Source: Octopus bimaculoides (lineage: Eukaryota). Taken from it: a stretch of DNA of 64,000 nt. Shown in pieces: positions 60,905 to 64,000 of this stretch. The notes beneath the pieces were generated by a model, which saw nothing but the letters and a program-made list of their open reading frames with translations, was not told the DNA's origin and searched no databases. Both the position numbers and the translations under genes were made by a program. How positions within the stretch are numbered: position 1 is the stretch's first letter; each line of letters opens with the position of its first letter. The stretch is taken from assembly GCF_001194135.2 (NCBI RefSeq), contig NC_068983.1:63719558-63783557 (forward strand), in the 5' to 3' direction.

Positions 60905-63490
60905 CAGATATTGATGGTCAAAGGCTTTTGACTGATCTAAATTGATCAGACTCTCACCCATGCCAGGTTTCTTAATTACCCTATCCACGATGTAGAGCAT
61001 AAAGTGGAAGTTGTCGTGGTTGGACCTGTTTGGGATGGCGCATGTTTGTTCATCAGCCAGTTTCTCGATGACGAACACCAACCTCTTCTCAATAATTTGG
61101 CCAAAATTATCATGTCTGTATTAAGGAGAGTGAAGGGCCTAAAATTATCTAACACCCCCCCCCACCCTTGTTTGTATCCTTTCTCAGCGGTAGCACGGCT
61201 CCTCGGCTCAAAAATTTGGGAATTCTCTCATTTTGTTGCACGTTGCAGTAGATATCAGCCAAGAGGTCTGCAAACATTTTTGGCATAGAAGAATAAAGCT
61301 CATAGGGGAGACTATCTAATCCCGGCGATTTGTTCCCCATGCAGCCCATTGTCTCCTCCCGTATTTCTTCGATTCTTATCGGACTTTCGTAACACTCCGC
61401 ATCTGTTGCTGGGAGCCATGGGAGGTATCGAAGTAGGCAGTGAAATCCATCTTGTGATCTGGTCCACCGTTCGTCCCGAACATTTTGGCAAAAAGCTGCT
61501 CAAAAGCTGCACACATCTGCTCCGGCTCGTTCATTGTGCGCCCATTTTGGTCCACCACAGATCGAATGGTGTGTTTGTTGCCATTTTGCGTCTCAGCCAC
61601 ACGGGCCCATCGGGTAGCATTGGTTCCCTCTTGTCTCAGAGCATGTGCCTTAGCTCTGATAATGCAAACTTCAAGCTTGGCATTGAAGTGTTCATCGGGG
61701 GTTAACCTCACTGCCAGCACGTCAATTGCAATGCTTTTCCTAAGTGCCTCTTCTAACTTTATCACTAAATCGCCTTCTAATCTATTTCCTTCTATAGCTA
61801 AAACTTTATTAAATCTGATTCTAATTTGCTGGCCCTTTTTAGGTTATACCACCATTTATTATTGATGATTGCCCCCGTCAAAGCTTTATGAACTTACTCT
61901 TTAATGCGGTCTCTGTAAGCTTGGCACACCGGGAGTGACGTGGTCTCTGTCTACGTATGCTGTCTAAGTCGACTTACATGTCATCAATGTGTGATCTGTG
62001 TCGCTGACTATTTGAAATTTTGGACCACTAATACTATCCTTATCTAAAGATTTGCAAAATACTCTATCTAGATACGATCTGGATGTTCCGATGTGGTTTG
62101 CTCATGTCCACATTGGCACATTCGGGAAATCCACTTGGTACCTATCAGAATCAGACAGCTGAAAATGATTGAGCAGGTGGTGGTGTGCTTGCTGGAGCCC
62201 TCTCTGCTTTCTTTTCGTGGGGTTACTACTTTTGTTGGGGTTACTTTTGTGGTTGAGGTTGCTTCTGTAGTTGGTGTTGCTTCAGTTGTTGTAGTGAGGG
62301 TGGTGCTCGTATCAAGGGGTAGTGTCCTCCTGTTTAGTCGTGGCCAGAAAGCTTTCAGGTGGTTATTTTGTCAGCATTGGTAACATTTTGGCCTTCTGTC
62401 CTCAGCTGTGATGTTCAGCATAGTGCCATCTGTAACGCTGAGTTGGTCAGGAATTTGTTCCAAAACGTCTTGGTTTATTTGGGCCATTATTTGAAATTCC
62501 TGACAAGTCCAGTTGATTTTCCCTTGTTTCTCAACTTGGATGATTCTGATTTTATCTTCCAAGTCGTGGAGGACGGCTTCGACAATCCAGCAAGCGTTCA
62601 TTTCTGGTGGTATATCTAGTATCTTTATCTTGGCGACGCACCGTCCCGAGCTTGCTGGAACTAGGACAAATTCACTTTCTCAGCTGGGCTGTTGAGTGCT
62701 GTTTTGCTACGTCTTCTGTCACGAATCTAACTTCAATTGTGCCCTATTTCGTACCCTTCAACAGATATGATACGTTTTTCCAAATGGGTTGTAAGCATTT
62801 TTTAACTAGTTGCTTTGTGGCAGTTTCTGAACCTCTATTTTCTAAAGATATACTTTTGTACATTATGGTTACTTTTGTTTGTACTGTCTATAATATCTGG
62901 AGGTGTGTTTATCAAAACGCACCTTTCGCTTTTTCTTTTTAAATTGTTCCTGCTGTCTTTGAGAGATTCTACAGAAACATTAATGATTTCATTTCTATGC
63001 TTTATCATTGAAGCAAAACCTCGGCTGTTTAATACAATGGGCTGTTGTTGTTGAGTGTTCAATGTCTTAGTGTTAGTGGTGTTAGTGGGAGAGGTTGGAT
63101 TCACATGTGTTGCCATGTTAGTAGCGTCCATTAGTTGATTTCCTTGCTCTTTTCCTCTTCATCATCGCGTTTATTTTCCCCGTATTCCTTCTGTTGCTTA
63201 GCGTTGCACGTGCTAGCCTGACCTTGGTCATCCTTCTCTCTGCTTTTAGGGTGCCGAGAAGGCGGAAATATTTTTTTGTGTTTTTTTAAAGTTTTTGGCT
63301 GTTTTCCGAAAGCAGAGTTAAGAAGACAAAAACAAAAGAAGAGCTGACACTCTTCTCTAATGACATTTTGCAAATTTTAAAACTGAAAAATGAGAAAGTG
63401 GAGAATTTAAATAGAAAATTCACCTCAAAAGGGGTTAAGTCTCGCTTAACCGTTCAGCTCAGCAAGTGCCCAGTCGGCCTAGTCACAGAA
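60905..63490 (-). mobile_element. L1/Tx1-clade LINE, internally deleted, 3' part lost in an assembly gap
   Basis: ORF1 remnants (62835-63131; 62371-62601 ending RPKCYQC*QNNHLK), APE C-terminus WT*ANHIGTSRSYLDRVF..SDTDH (~61980-62130), RT GNKSPGLDSLPYELY and QTCAIPNRSNHDN...NLDQSKAFDH. Confidence 0.85.
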
Positions 63491-63597
63491 ATGTTGTAAA
63501 AACATTTTCAGATACAACATTACCTGTAAAAATTGAACAAAAACTTACAGCTCACGAACATACGTGTTTTCTCTTTGAAATCCACTAGTAGAGTCCT

Positions 63598-63742
63598 ACT
63601 GCACACATCCTACGCAAAACATTTTCAATACAGTAAACATAAGAGCATCACAGCAAACCACAGCACATACCCAAGGCACACAGACCAGCGCTCGGTAGTG
63701 AAGTGAAATCACGTTATAAAAATAAAACTACTGAACAACAAC

Positions 63743-63778
<36 letters not shown>
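63598..63778 (+). mobile_element. Extreme 3' end of an R4/Dong LINE: ORF end, 3' UTR, (AAT)12 tail
   Basis: TAHILRKTFSIQ* (63598-63636), ~100-nt UTR, then (AAT)12 at 63743-63778. Confidence 0.75.
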
Positions 63779-63779
<1 letters not shown>

Positions 63780-64000
63780 GCTCACAAAAGGGAAAACCAT
63801 CTTAATCCCCAAATCCACGGAAACGGAGAAACCACAAAACTATAGACCTATAACCTGTCTCCCTACGATCTACAAAGCCTTTACTGCAATAATATCGCAG
63901 AGAGTGAGTAAACACCTGGAAAATAACAACCTGTTTCCAGAAGAGCAGAAGGGATGCTGCAAGGGCTCATACGGCTGTAAAGATCAATTATTGATCAATA
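63778..64000 (+). mobile_element. 5'-truncated R4/Dong LINE with an uninterrupted RT frame running off the window
   Basis: Manual translation WLTKGKTILIPKSTETEKPQNYRPITCLPTIYKAFTAIISQRVSKHLENNNLFPEEQKGCCKGSYGCKDQLLIN; no stops; absent from the ORF track because it lacks an in-frame start. Confidence 0.9.

Overview
AT-rich, repeat-dense eukaryotic genomic DNA from a gapped short-read assembly; most N-gaps sit inside (TA)n/(CA)n microsatellites. The SINE families, R4/Dong LINEs, Penelope remnants and TTAGGG repeats point to a coleoid cephalopod, probably Octopus (inference from recalled repeat families, not a database search). No complete host gene can be supported; only isolated candidate exons are visible. 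The window is a mosaic of mobile elements: three tRNA-headed SINE families, mariner/Tc1/maT remnants, a Merlin (IS1595/ISXO2-like) element with an 8-bp TSD and a nearby empty-site paralog, L1/Tx1, RTE, CR1, CRE and R4/Dong LINE fragments, Penelope-like fragments with degenerate hammerhead-like motifs, and several foldback structures. The most unusual item is a CpG-rich ~410-bp foldback element (13133-13541). Its ~84-bp TIRs enclose (CCCTAA)n - short spacer - (TTAGGG)n, and it is inserted in a degenerate TTAGGG tract. All protein-family assignments are by eye.
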